Assembly: GCA_963662285.2 (NCBI GenBank)
Contig: CAXXMV010000002.1
Coordinates: 544,001-608,000 of the forward strand
Origin: a bacterium
GTDB taxonomy: Bacteria; Hinthialibacterota; Hinthialibacteria; Hinthialibacterales; Hinthialibacteraceae
DNA: 64,000 bases
Reading direction: 5' to 3'
Shown in pieces: positions 51,597-60,812 of the stretch; position 1 is the stretch's first letter; every line of letters starts with the position of its first letter. The notes under the pieces were generated by a model that worked only from the letters and a program-made list of their open reading frames with translations, did not search any database and had not been told where the DNA came from. Made by a program: the position numbers and the translations under genes.

Positions 51597-52286
51597 TTAA
51601 GAGTCCTGCGGGGAAGAAAAAAAGCGTCGCGCCATATAAAATAGAACGATCAGCCAATTTCGCAAAGTAGTGCGGATAAATCCATATTTCCAATGGCGGG
51701 AAGATATAAGTACCGGGCAATCAATATATAGGAGCGGACCAATTTTGCGAAGTCGAAGAGAGAGTTCCACATCTTCCAGGGATTCCTGGTGAGGAAACTC
51801 AAAATGGTCATTAATGGCTATAGGTCGAAAGAATTGAGCCTGGTCTCCATAGGGGAGATGAAAAAACCGGGCGCGAAAGTTGTTGCCCCACTCAATCAGG
51901 CGATAACATAATCCCACTTCATCAATATGGTGTCCCAAAACTCCACCGGGAGAATTCGGGGATTGAGATAATTTTATTAATAGGGTTTGCCGGGTATTAG
52001 GCGCCACGACCATATCGGCGTGAAGAATCATTATGGCGTCAAAAATCTTCTCGGACGCCCGGAGGTCATTTATCCCAAATTCGACTGCGCGTCCACGAGA
52101 AGAAGATATGGTATGAATCACTCGAAAACCCATTTGACGGGCAATGAGAGCAGTATCATCCTTAGAGGCGGCGTCTATAACTAACACCTCATCGCCTTGA
52201 TCGAGAAAAGGTTGCAGGCTCTTCAGGCAAGCAGGCAATAGTTCTTCTTCATTATGAGCAGGGATTACAATGCCAATGAAAGACAT
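51597..52286 (-). CDS. GT2-family glycosyltransferase (TIGR04283-like)
   Basis: IVIPAHNEE, LHAD, PYGDQAQF, EDVELSLRL and SSRHW motifs. Confidence 0.85.
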   Translation of the reverse strand: MSFIGIVIPAHNEEELLPACLKSLQPFLDQGDEVLVIDAASKDDTALIARQMGFRVIHTISSSRGRAVEFGINDLRASEKIFDAIMILHADMVVAPNTRQTLLIKLSQSPNSPGGVLGHHIDEVGLCYRLIEWGNNFRARFFHLPYGDQAQFFRPIAINDHFEFPHQESLEDVELSLRLRKIGPLLYIDCPVLISSRHWKYGFIRTTLRNWLIVLFYMARRFFSSPQDS

Positions 52287-52744
52287 CGATAATCAACTTT
52301 CTTGAGATATTTAGTATGCTTAAAAAATTACGCGACATTTTGAAAAAACGAATATGCATGTTTATACAAGACTTTCTATAAGTCAATTATTATCAGAAAA
52401 GTCAACCGCTTTTAAAATGCCCTTTGTTTGGTAATCATATAAAAAATGCACAACTAAAACATCTGCTATTTTATCATTATAAAATAGGTTATAATATATA
52501 TTAGAGAAGCGACATTAAATAGTGATATTCATGTGTCTTATGGTGTTGTATTTTATAGAATTGGATAAACCGCAAACACAAACATAATCCACAGGAGGAT
52601 GGGATCATTCGTCAAAAGTCAGAAGAATCCGCGAAATCAGAGGTCGCTCTTATTCTAGAATTCATCGGTTATCGAAACCTAACAATTATAGGTTTCCTGG
52701 GCAGCGTCTATTTTGTTTCCGGTTTCAAAAATTATATTGATGGG

Positions 52745-53599
52745 ATGAAATTAGTCCGGGCATTCTCACCTTATTATGCGCTTCATTTTAACAATGGATC
52801 TCGCATGCTCAGTAATCTCGGTAGAAATATATCTACCTGGATGAAGAGTCAACAAAACAATTTGTCTAATCTAATAGATAGTTATGTAGTGCAAATCAGT
52901 TCATTTTTTAATACTAATGTCAAGCCTTTCTTTGATGCTCATCCCGTAATCGGAATAATGGTTATAGTAACTATAGGTTTCGCTCTTACTATTTTTCTGC
53001 TTGCATTGTCAATAATAATCATAAAGAAAGGAATCAAACTTTTAGCGCTGGGCAGCGCGGTTGCCATGCCTCGTGCGCGAAGTCAACATACAGCGGAAGA
53101 AGTCTGGTCATTCGATCCTCATAAGAGACCATCTCCGGATCAGTTAAAAATTACTCAAAAGAACCTGGAGAAGCTTGTGCAACGCGCGCCAGTTTTGGGG
53201 GGGCATGTGCCTAAAAATTCAGATCCATCTCTTAAAGAATTGGCCAGGCGCAACAAAGATTCTGATTATAATTACCGTAATGCGATTTATGTTATGGGGC
53301 CAATAAAAGGAACCAGTTTTGATAACCAATATGAAATCCCAATTGCTATTGATCAGATCAAACGAGTAAGCAATATGATGAAGCAGGCATCGGATTATGA
53401 AACGCTGCCCCTTGATCTGGTTATATTGCGGGCTAAAAAAGGCTCCAACAATTGGGAAATCGAACCGAGTATTGCTCCTGTCAGCTTGGGGAAATCTTTC
53501 CCCGTGAAATGTATTGAGAAAATCATGATACAATACCGAAATACATTTATTTGGGATCAACGAGCAACAAAATCCAAAACCGGTCATGGAACGCGGTAG
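52745..53599 (+). CDS. Hypothetical membrane-anchored protein
   Basis: One long hydrophobic segment; ends before a bidirectional terminator; start codon uncertain. Confidence 0.6.
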   Translation: MKLVRAFSPYYALHFNNGSRMLSNLGRNISTWMKSQQNNLSNLIDSYVVQISSFFNTNVKPFFDAHPVIGIMVIVTIGFALTIFLLALSIIIIKKGIKLLALGSAVAMPRARSQHTAEEVWSFDPHKRPSPDQLKITQKNLEKLVQRAPVLGGHVPKNSDPSLKELARRNKDSDYNYRNAIYVMGPIKGTSFDNQYEIPIAIDQIKRVSNMMKQASDYETLPLDLVILRAKKGSNNWEIEPSIAPVSLGKSFPVKCIEKIMIQYRNTFIWDQRATKSKTGHGTR

Positions 53600-53607
53600 G
53601 GTATATA

Positions 53608-53638
53608 AAAATTCCCCTCAAGACAAGAGGGGAATTTT
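53608..53638. terminator. Bidirectional terminator closing the virion-like operon
   Basis: aaaattcccctc-aagacaa-gaggggaatttt. Confidence 0.85.
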
Positions 53639-53684
53639 GAACAAATCCAGCGCTTTCAATACGCATATTGTTTTGTTAACCGTT

Positions 53685-53993
53685 CTAGATAATTTCTATA
53701 GGAATAATATCCAGATTGCCTGCTTTCATGGAAGCATCCGCCAATTGTATTTTGCCATGAAGAATTCCAGCAATATTGGTATCACTGGATTGAACAGTGT
53801 ACTCAGCTATTCCCATTGGAGCATCTCTTTTAACGCAGCCGGTGTGATCAGTATTTTGCAGATCGTTGTCATTATATAAAAGAAAATCCACTGAAAATCC
53901 CGATAAATCTATAGGCGTTCCCTCCTCGTCCCGACATAAGAAAGTTAGCTTCAGGCCATAATCATTTTGGTTTATTCTAATAGAAGAATTCAT
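53685..53993 (-). CDS. BppU-like (baseplate upper protein N-terminal) domain protein
   Basis: INQND...LTFL.RD..G.PIDLSG.SV.F....G.AEY......AG...G.I pattern. Confidence 0.6.
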   Translation of the reverse strand: MNSSIRINQNDYGLKLTFLCRDEEGTPIDLSGFSVDFLLYNDNDLQNTDHTGCVKRDAPMGIAEYTVQSSDTNIAGILHGKIQLADASMKAGNLDIIPIEII

Positions 53994-54202
53994 GAATGCA
54001 CCTCGTTTAATGGTTTCCGGGCGAAATGAACTTGAACCGAATGATGGAGAGGTATTGTGATATCGATATATATCCGATGTTGATTATCAGAATCAATACC
54101 TTTTGCGCTCTGCCACTCTTGCCCCAGAAAACGCCCTGATCTGCGTAAGATGGGATCGTCGGAATTAATTGCTGATGAATTATTATTAGTGATATCAGAC
54201 AT
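53990..54202 (-). CDS. Small hypothetical protein (70 aa)
   Basis: RBS GGAGGAG before ATG at 54202; ATGA overlap with the next gene. Confidence 0.55.
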   Translation of the reverse strand: MSDITNNNSSAINSDDPILRRSGRFLGQEWQSAKGIDSDNQHRIYIDITIPLHHSVQVHFARKPLNEVHS

Positions 54203-54233
54203 GTTGCATCTCCTCCCTTCAGCTGGTGTTAAG

Positions 54234-55025
54234 TTACCAGGATTGATTAGGCGATAGATAGAAAGTTCCATCGATGGGTGGAGTTGTAGAACGAATTTCT
54301 TTTGATGATTTAACCGCAGAGGAAGCATTTGAATAATATAAAACGCGGAAAAATGTTTCTATGGGAGTCGCGAACAGGATATCATCCGGCGCGGCGAGTT
54401 GAATTTCAATATGAGAGGGTAAATCAGCGGGAACTTTCCTCATGCTGCTATCAATCGCGCTTTGAGCATACCACAATCTGGCGCGGGAATATTCGCGGGA
54501 ACCAATGCGAACCTCATTATTCATATCATCAATAGTTGCAATGATGGCCTGGCTGGCTGATAAGACAGACGCAGTAACGCAAGCAACCATTTCGTTTTTG
54601 TATGGAAGATACGCCGCCTCGGTAAGAGGCGTCAGACCTCCGAGACCGCTTACTTCATTGGCGATTCCCGTAATCCCATGACCTGCGCTGTATAGCGAGT
54701 AGGTCTTATAGGCTTGCGCCGTCACTCCACCGATCAAACCGGAAATCAATATATCATACTGTCCGGGGCTATCTCCACTGGTGGAATAGGAACCTGTAGC
54801 AACGCCAAGTTGCGCAATCGACATTGATCCTGAAGAGAGCGCTGCGCCAAACTGCATGACCGAGTAAGATAAATTTACCGGATTGGTTGGAGAGCCAGTA
54901 ACCGGATCAGAAGCAATAACCAGAAAAGGGATGTTCTCTCCAACTTCAAACATCCCTAAATAATTTTGAGAGAATGCAGGTAAAGAAAAAATCAGTACGT
55001 ATAATGATAATAAAAAGCGTTTCAT
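54234..55025 (-). CDS. Secreted protein with an Ig-like N-terminal region, inside the virion-like operon
   Basis: MKRFLLSLYVLIFSLPAFSQ Sec signal; Ig-like G.ATGSYST..PGQYDI; RBS AGGAGG. Confidence 0.75.
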   Translation of the reverse strand: MKRFLLSLYVLIFSLPAFSQNYLGMFEVGENIPFLVIASDPVTGSPTNPVNLSYSVMQFGAALSSGSMSIAQLGVATGSYSTSGDSPGQYDILISGLIGGVTAQAYKTYSLYSAGHGITGIANEVSGLGGLTPLTEAAYLPYKNEMVACVTASVLSASQAIIATIDDMNNEVRIGSREYSRARLWYAQSAIDSSMRKVPADLPSHIEIQLAAPDDILFATPIETFFRVLYYSNASSAVKSSKEIRSTTPPIDGTFYLSPNQSW

Positions 55026-55046
55026 GATAAAAACCTCCTGTTTTCT

Positions 55047-55301
55047 TTATACTTTGTCAGAGAAAAAAACGCGCAATACCACGGCGATAAGACTTCCGAC
55101 TAAGGCGCTGACGCATGCCGCCGTCGCTTTAACGCCAGCAAGATCCACCCGGCTGTTATCCACTTTGTTATAGAGATCGATATTCGATTGATGGATATCT
55201 CGAACTGAACATTCGATAGATTCCAATCTTGTGCGAATATGCTCTAATGAAGTTTGTATCTCGACGTACTCTGTGGTGTACCTGGCATCTGATCCGTTCA
55301 T
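55047..55301 (-). CDS. Small coiled-coil protein with a C-terminal TM helix (XhlA/holin-like)
   Basis: Heptad LEHIRTRLESIE followed by hydrophobic ACVSALVGSLIAVVLRVFF; RBS GGAG. Confidence 0.6.
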   Translation of the reverse strand: MNGSDARYTTEYVEIQTSLEHIRTRLESIECSVRDIHQSNIDLYNKVDNSRVDLAGVKATAACVSALVGSLIAVVLRVFFSDKV

Positions 55302-55344
55302 GGCGTTCTCCATTTTTTCACTTTGTTATATAAATCACTCCAGA

Positions 55345-56196
55345 TTAATTACACTTTTGCCATCCCGACGAACAGCGGATATAAGCGCCATCCTGGTTAT
55401 CATCGCTGGTATGGTCGAAGTAGATTAAATCGCCCACTTCACCACCGGGTAGAGAGTTATAAACCGGGAGTTTCAATGGACCCGAAAGAGTCAAACGACC
55501 AGTATCGCCATTGAGCAGCATGGAATTTGACTGCGTATCGCTATGCCATGCGAAATTAGCATCAGAATAGAAATCCATAGTACTGGCGGAGATTGCCAAG
55601 CGGTATAATGTTCCGAACAGGCGCAGCTTATCACCGGTGGAATCTTGCGCGAATTTAAATAGCCCTGTAGAGATAACATCCCGCCCGGCTTGAATATCCC
55701 GTTTAATTTGCACATCCCCGTCATCACCCAGAATAACCATTAAATCGGGAACGGTATCACTGTGGAATTTGATGTTCTGATCCGAAGTGATATCCAAATC
55801 GAATGGAGATACGCCTATGCTGTAGGAATGGCTATAGAAGCGTATTTTATCTCCCAGAAAATCGGCGAATTCCATCATGGTTGCAGGTATGATTTTGCCC
55901 GATGACGTCCCTCCACTGGTGGGATCGAGCTGCATATCTGTATTTGACCGGATTACGAATTTTGATCCATCGCCAAAGATATGAAACAAACCCGCATTAT
56001 GGTTCAAAACAAAAGTCGCCGCCTCAATGGTTGATGTTGCGGCGCTGACATCGCCATACAAGGCGCCGCCGGATTTTAACAAAAAGGCGTCTTCGATCTG
56101 CTCTTTCCCTATTAGGGTTTGCGAGCATGAATTTATAGGATTTGAGTAGACAAGAACGATGAATCCAAAAATATAAAACAACTTTGATTTCTTCAT
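55345..56196 (-). CDS. Tail-fibre-like repeat protein with an N-terminal signal peptide or anchor
   Basis: MKKSKLFYIFGFIVLVYS; LLKSGGALYG fibre-like motif; two GDK(I/L)R..HSDT repeats. Confidence 0.6.
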   Translation of the reverse strand: MKKSKLFYIFGFIVLVYSNPINSCSQTLIGKEQIEDAFLLKSGGALYGDVSAATSTIEAATFVLNHNAGLFHIFGDGSKFVIRSNTDMQLDPTSGGTSSGKIIPATMMEFADFLGDKIRFYSHSYSIGVSPFDLDITSDQNIKFHSDTVPDLMVILGDDGDVQIKRDIQAGRDVISTGLFKFAQDSTGDKLRLFGTLYRLAISASTMDFYSDANFAWHSDTQSNSMLLNGDTGRLTLSGPLKLPVYNSLPGGEVGDLIYFDHTSDDNQDGAYIRCSSGWQKCN

Positions 56197-56231
56197 GTTG
56201 CACCTCATTGGATTGAAAAAAGATACTGTTT

Positions 56232-57029
56232 CTATTCGATTTCGTAATCGACTATATAGCGGTGTTGAATTCTGTAATGAGCCGAAGGAGATTGATTGAA
56301 GGTATAACTATTACGCGATTCATCCTCCTTGTAATCAATTCCTTGTTGTTGCAAGACGCCGTTAAGATAGATATTCAGGCTTCCGGTGCGGTAAATATGC
56401 CTGGTGAAGAACTGGGTTCGCTCTCCATCCGGCGCTTGATCCGGTGCGGCATCCGTTCCGTGCAGATGGGCTTCGCCAAGCATAAATCTGGGGCGGACAT
56501 CGATGATGTATGACTGGACGTTATCATCCACCGCTACGATAGATTCTGCGCCTACCCGCTGGTATATCTGCGCCAAAACCAATGAATCAGATGGCGTCTC
56601 TGGAGCAATGGGCGTCTCCGCCTCATCTCCCTGAACCACATCCAATTCGCCCGCATCGGTCAGGACAATCAAATCAATACGCGGATATGAAACAGGCGCG
56701 ATGAATACTCCGCCTGCAGGGAGGACTTGCTCCTCCAGCGATCCGGCGAATGATTTTTGTATCACCGCCAATCCAGGACTGACTTTGATCGTCATGTCTG
56801 GAGAATCGGCGGGAGTAATCTTGAGCGAATCATCTCCCATGTTTGTGATAACGGCGGAACTGTTCCTGGCAAAGAGAGACGCGCACGCCTGGTGCAGTAA
56901 TTCGAATGCAGCGGTGATGTTGCCATTCCAACGATTCACTTTCGAAGAAGTTAATGGCGCCTCCTGGAAGACGAAAAGCGCCGAAGTGTTTTCAGTATTT
57001 TCCGGGTTATAACGTCCATACTGAGCCAT
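56232..57029 (-). CDS. Phage minor tail/baseplate-like protein
   Basis: IKVSPGLA..PRIDLIV..G..P.AP.TP...LVLAQI..IIDVR pattern; C-terminal DG.RT.F..IYLNGVLQ..GIDY module; RBS GGAGG. Confidence 0.65.
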   Translation of the reverse strand: MAQYGRYNPENTENTSALFVFQEAPLTSSKVNRWNGNITAAFELLHQACASLFARNSSAVITNMGDDSLKITPADSPDMTIKVSPGLAVIQKSFAGSLEEQVLPAGGVFIAPVSYPRIDLIVLTDAGELDVVQGDEAETPIAPETPSDSLVLAQIYQRVGAESIVAVDDNVQSYIIDVRPRFMLGEAHLHGTDAAPDQAPDGERTQFFTRHIYRTGSLNIYLNGVLQQQGIDYKEDESRNSYTFNQSPSAHYRIQHRYIVDYEIE

Positions 57030-57030
57030 T

Positions 57031-58026
57031 TTAAGCCTCCCGGTTATGCAGTGTTTGAACTGACAAAGAGCCTTGATCCTGACGGGTGACAGCGGCGATT
57101 GATACGGCTTCAGCATTTTTATTGCTGCAATCACTGAGGATTTCTCCAAGGCAGGCGCCATCTTCTTGTAAGAGAGTATTAGCAGTTTGAAGCATGTCCT
57201 CATTGGTTGCACTACGAATCCACAACAGGTCAGCGCTTTTGGATAACGCGTCGGAAATATCATCCAGAGTATTTCTTTCTTGCAACAAGCCGCGTTTTTC
57301 CAGAAAGTCTAAAAGTGGATCGTCGCCATCACCAACTATCAACACAGGATTGTCATTTACAAAACCATCTTCAGAACGCTCGCCGGATAGATAGGTGTTA
57401 CGGTCAGCGCTCTTGTATACCAGAGAGCCTTCAAGCACTTCGGTGATATGATCGATCAAACGATAACAGCGCTGTTCGTTATACAACGCTCCCGCCCGGT
57501 GGCCGCATCTACCATTGGGAGAACGGCAAATCGAGCAACTCCATGCATCAAATTTCCAGGCCAGAGAGACTTCGCGATAAATGCCGCCGTCAATATTAAG
57601 CAGCAGGTCTTTGGCGCCGCTGGTATTGCGCAGCCAATAAAACCAAGCCCGTACAAAAAAGACCGGCTCGTTGCTATTCTGCAAATCGCTTTGCACAACT
57701 TCCGCCTTAAAAAAACGTGCGATTGGAAGTGAAGAACGATCATGACCAGTTAACACTGACAATCCGACTACTCGCTGTGCGATTTCATCCAAAGCATTAC
57801 GGGTAAACTGACAACCGTCTGATAAACATGGTTGTGAAGAGCAGAGATACATGCTTCTGATAAAAACCTGTTCCGAAGACAGATTACCCGGGGCGAGTTG
57901 ATTGATAATTTCCATGTCCGATTCGCTAGTCGGAACATCTTCGAACATCGGTTTACCACGGGTTAACATAGTCGGCATTTTGTTTTTAATCTTTGAAAAG
58001 GAGCGTCCACTTAATTGATTGGACAT
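57031..58026 (-). CDS. HK97-type prohead maturation protease with a Cys/His Zn-like insert and an extra C-terminal domain
   Basis: VLTGHD (His), GIYREVSL (Ser), CSIC..CGH..C insert, EGSLV..AD; RBS AGGAGG. Confidence 0.7.
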   Translation of the reverse strand: MSNQLSGRSFSKIKNKMPTMLTRGKPMFEDVPTSESDMEIINQLAPGNLSSEQVFIRSMYLCSSQPCLSDGCQFTRNALDEIAQRVVGLSVLTGHDRSSLPIARFFKAEVVQSDLQNSNEPVFFVRAWFYWLRNTSGAKDLLLNIDGGIYREVSLAWKFDAWSCSICRSPNGRCGHRAGALYNEQRCYRLIDHITEVLEGSLVYKSADRNTYLSGERSEDGFVNDNPVLIVGDGDDPLLDFLEKRGLLQERNTLDDISDALSKSADLLWIRSATNEDMLQTANTLLQEDGACLGEILSDCSNKNAEAVSIAAVTRQDQGSLSVQTLHNREA

Positions 58027-58072
58027 AGCGCGCCTCCTGTTTTTTATTTGTTTTCAGATAGATTCAACTTAA

Positions 58073-58726
58073 TTAAATCCAGAAATCCCGGTATTGGATG
58101 GTGCAGAAAAAATCCGCGTTCGATGGCTGCGCTTGCACCGTCACCTGATTGACGCCAACATCAAGTGAAGGAAAATCATCCATTGACCGGGCGAGACTCT
58201 TTTCGTCCTTAAACAATGATCTACTTTCAGAATCGACAATCAGAGATTGTCCTTCATCAAGGGTTTCATCCAATTCGCAGATTCGATTTCCGATGGATAT
58301 TTCCAGATGATGGATGGCTTGAATTGCCTTGATGGATATGTGCAGCGGCGCTATCCAGTTCCCGGCATTGAAAAGCGAAAGAGCTGCGCGTCCGAAGAAA
58401 CCTGATAATGAATGAGTATGAAGCGACAGGCTTCGTTCATAGCGATCACTGGTAAGTGCGGTGAATTCCACCCATGTCCGTGAGCCATGAAGGTTGGGTG
58501 CGGTGTGAAAAGAACGGCGCCGCCCAAGATAAAAACGCCCTGGATGAAGGCTTAGATGAGTCGCGCCCTGATCAAAAGATTCAACAGCATTTTCAAGTAT
58601 ATCCATCGACTTATCTATCATTGATTGAATCCGTATTTCCTTACGGACTTTACTTTTTGCTTCAATGGTATTGACCTGCATAATTGTCGAACGTTTAGGA
58701 AACTCGAAATCGCCAACCGATATCAT
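58073..58726 (-). CDS. Distal tail (Dit/Sipho_tail-like) protein
   Basis: NAGNWIAPLHISI, L..GQSLIVDSE.R, FPSLDVGVNQV and IQYRDFW; TAATG coupling with the upstream gene. Confidence 0.7.
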   Translation of the reverse strand: MISVGDFEFPKRSTIMQVNTIEAKSKVRKEIRIQSMIDKSMDILENAVESFDQGATHLSLHPGRFYLGRRRSFHTAPNLHGSRTWVEFTALTSDRYERSLSLHTHSLSGFFGRAALSLFNAGNWIAPLHISIKAIQAIHHLEISIGNRICELDETLDEGQSLIVDSESRSLFKDEKSLARSMDDFPSLDVGVNQVTVQAQPSNADFFCTIQYRDFWI

Positions 58727-59118
58727 TATTGATCTCCCTTCGTAACAACCACCGGCGTAGAAACGCTGACGCGAAGATAAGGACGCAACATGCACCAGGA
58801 TTCTTCCCACAAGACTTCTGATAATTTCATCAGATTATTCAAACGGCTTGATTCATTGACTTGCAAACCCGAAGTACGCCAGTCATTGGTCGAAACAGCA
58901 CAAGAAACCACTATTGAACGAAAGATATGAGAAACGGCTAAAAGCGATTCGGCGCTTATAATCTCATTCGTTATCCCGCTTTCATCAGTCAGCATCGTCC
59001 CGGCCAAGATGTCCTCATGCGCTTTTGAAAGATTGTCGAGTAAAAGTTCTGGTGTGATTTCATCGAAATTGCGCAGGTTTGCCGCCTTACGCACGTCACT
59101 TTCAGTTGCAAAACTCAT
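58726..59118 (-). CDS. Putative head-tail adaptor (helical, 130 aa)
   Basis: Immediately follows the capsid gene; MSFATESDVR start; helical pattern ending LRPY. Confidence 0.55.
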   Translation of the reverse strand: MSFATESDVRKAANLRNFDEITPELLLDNLSKAHEDILAGTMLTDESGITNEIISAESLLAVSHIFRSIVVSCAVSTNDWRTSGLQVNESSRLNNLMKLSEVLWEESWCMLRPYLRVSVSTPVVVTKGDQ

Positions 59119-59150
59119 AGTCCTACTCCATGTTTCTCTTGGAGAATTGC

Positions 59151-59184
59151 GGGGAGCAAGTCGCCCAACAACGACTCGCTCCCC
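59151..59184 (-). promoter_or_regulatory. Strong intergenic hairpin after the capsid gene (mRNA stabiliser or attenuator)
   Basis: ggggagcgagtcg-ttgttggg-cgacttgctcccc on the minus strand, no U tract. Confidence 0.6.
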
Positions 59185-59204
59185 TGTAATGACATCACAC
59201 GCGA

Positions 59205-60269
59205 TTAGGCCGATCCAATGTCTAGTATTTTGCACGAGTCAGTGATGACTTTTGCGAATCCAGCAGTTTCAGAAATAGCTGTTCCTTCGATCTGGCGCCG
59301 GATCAAACGCTCGCTTTCAGTCAACACTCCTGTTTCATAGACTTCTTGTAGCGCAAAGCGTCGATCAAGACCGATGATTTTATTATTCGATACGGATTCA
59401 TCAACAATTAATTCAGCGCCAAAGAGACGGACGTTTTCACCTTTGGTCTGGAAGCCGCCAGTGACGGCGGGTTCGCTGATCTCATCAACGCCCAGCAGCG
59501 TTCCTGCTGTGGTTTTATTGCAGATCATGATATTCATCTGGTAGGGAGCGAAAGAAAGAACGAACGAAACCAGGTCGCTATAGGTTAAAGTTCCAGCAGT
59601 CGCTGCATCAATTTCAACGGCGGGATTGCTATTGCCATCACCATTAATAAGTACATCAATGGCGTCAACAAACTTATCGCGTTGAATCTGAACGCCGATA
59701 CTGCGCAGGAAAACCGAAATAACATTGGCGCGTTTGCGGCGGATTGCTTCATAGGTCGCCTGGAGATAGCGCCCGTATTTCTTGATTTCAACTGAATGTT
59801 CAGCCGTCTTGAGTTCTATTGCAGGTAGCGAAGCGCCTTCGCCGACAATAGCCAGAGATTTATCTCCTGTATCAAATACCGATTCATCCATGTAGATGCT
59901 TTTGTATGAGTTGTCATCGATTTTGACGCGTGCGGCGAGGATGTTTCTCAGTTTATTGAAATCATCAAAACCGGTTTGCACCGAGCGGGAAACATATTCA
60001 GGAAACAGCACTGCACTCTCCTGGGAGGCGAAGAACCGGTCAATTATATCTGCGTCATTGCCGCTCACCCGAATACCAGCCAGAGCCAGCTGCCGTTCGA
60101 ATGCATCAAGTTCCGCATCCTGCGGTGATGGATCCAGGCTCTCCAGATATCCGGTTAGATCGAAGCCGCGTTGCGCGGATTCGGCGTACATGCCTTCATG
60201 CAGAGGAATTGTTGCAGCGCGATGCAAAGTTTCTGGTATGGAATTCAATTTATCTTCTGGAAAAAACAT
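59205..60269 (-). CDS. Major capsid protein, HK97 fold
   Basis: LFPEYVSRSV, VGEGASLP..ELK, KKYGRYLQATYEAIRR, INGDG and LFGAELIVD motifs; 354 aa; RBS AAGGAG. Confidence 0.85.
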   Translation of the reverse strand: MFFPEDKLNSIPETLHRAATIPLHEGMYAESAQRGFDLTGYLESLDPSPQDAELDAFERQLALAGIRVSGNDADIIDRFFASQESAVLFPEYVSRSVQTGFDDFNKLRNILAARVKIDDNSYKSIYMDESVFDTGDKSLAIVGEGASLPAIELKTAEHSVEIKKYGRYLQATYEAIRRKRANVISVFLRSIGVQIQRDKFVDAIDVLINGDGNSNPAVEIDAATAGTLTYSDLVSFVLSFAPYQMNIMICNKTTAGTLLGVDEISEPAVTGGFQTKGENVRLFGAELIVDESVSNNKIIGLDRRFALQEVYETGVLTESERLIRRQIEGTAISETAGFAKVITDSCKILDIGSA

Positions 60270-60345
60270 AATATAAACTCCTTATTTACTCTAAGAATTT
60301 AACTGGTTGTTCTTTTTTTCGTCTTTCAAACCGAGGCGATATCTT

Positions 60346-60753
60346 TTACAGAAGAAGATCGCAGGTACTGCTTCCATCTACCGCAAGAGTGGTTCCACGG
60401 GCGATATTGCCGCCAGCCGGGTCGCCGGATGATTCAGCAATCGCAGGCGCCTGGTACACTTCACCAGCCCCATCAACCACAACGCTGTTGCCGACGCCTG
60501 GGGCCGTCATGCCTGATTTCAACCGGAAACGCGCCACGCCGCGAATTTGCACTGTAGCCAAACCACCTGAAACATGCTCCAAGCGCCCCAACAATTGACC
60601 GCCATTGCTGCCATGATTAATTTGGTTGCTGCCGGAAAGCACGACGGCGTCACCGACATTGGTTTCTTCCAGGTCGTAATCATCACCCGTCTTGTGAATG
60701 TTGAATGTGGCGTATAACGCGCCGATTCCATTGTTATCAACTGTTCTACTCAT
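60346..60753 (-). CDS. Putative head decoration/cement protein
   Basis: Small Gly-rich beta protein directly upstream of the capsid gene (VGDAVVL..LLG...ATVQIRG..PGVGNSVVVDGAG). Confidence 0.6.
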   Translation of the reverse strand: MSRTVDNNGIGALYATFNIHKTGDDYDLEETNVGDAVVLSGSNQINHGSNGGQLLGRLEHVSGGLATVQIRGVARFRLKSGMTAPGVGNSVVVDGAGEVYQAPAIAESSGDPAGGNIARGTTLAVDGSSTCDLLL

Positions 60754-60812
60754 TGGTTTTCCTCCACTGGATTTTTTTTGGTTGAAACAAGATTTTTCAA
60801 TTACTCAATCTC

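Noticed and set aside
59205-60269. Classical encapsulin nanocompartment
   Set aside because: Neighbours are protease-, decoration-, adaptor- and tail-like genes rather than cargo enzymes; no cargo-loading peptide recognised
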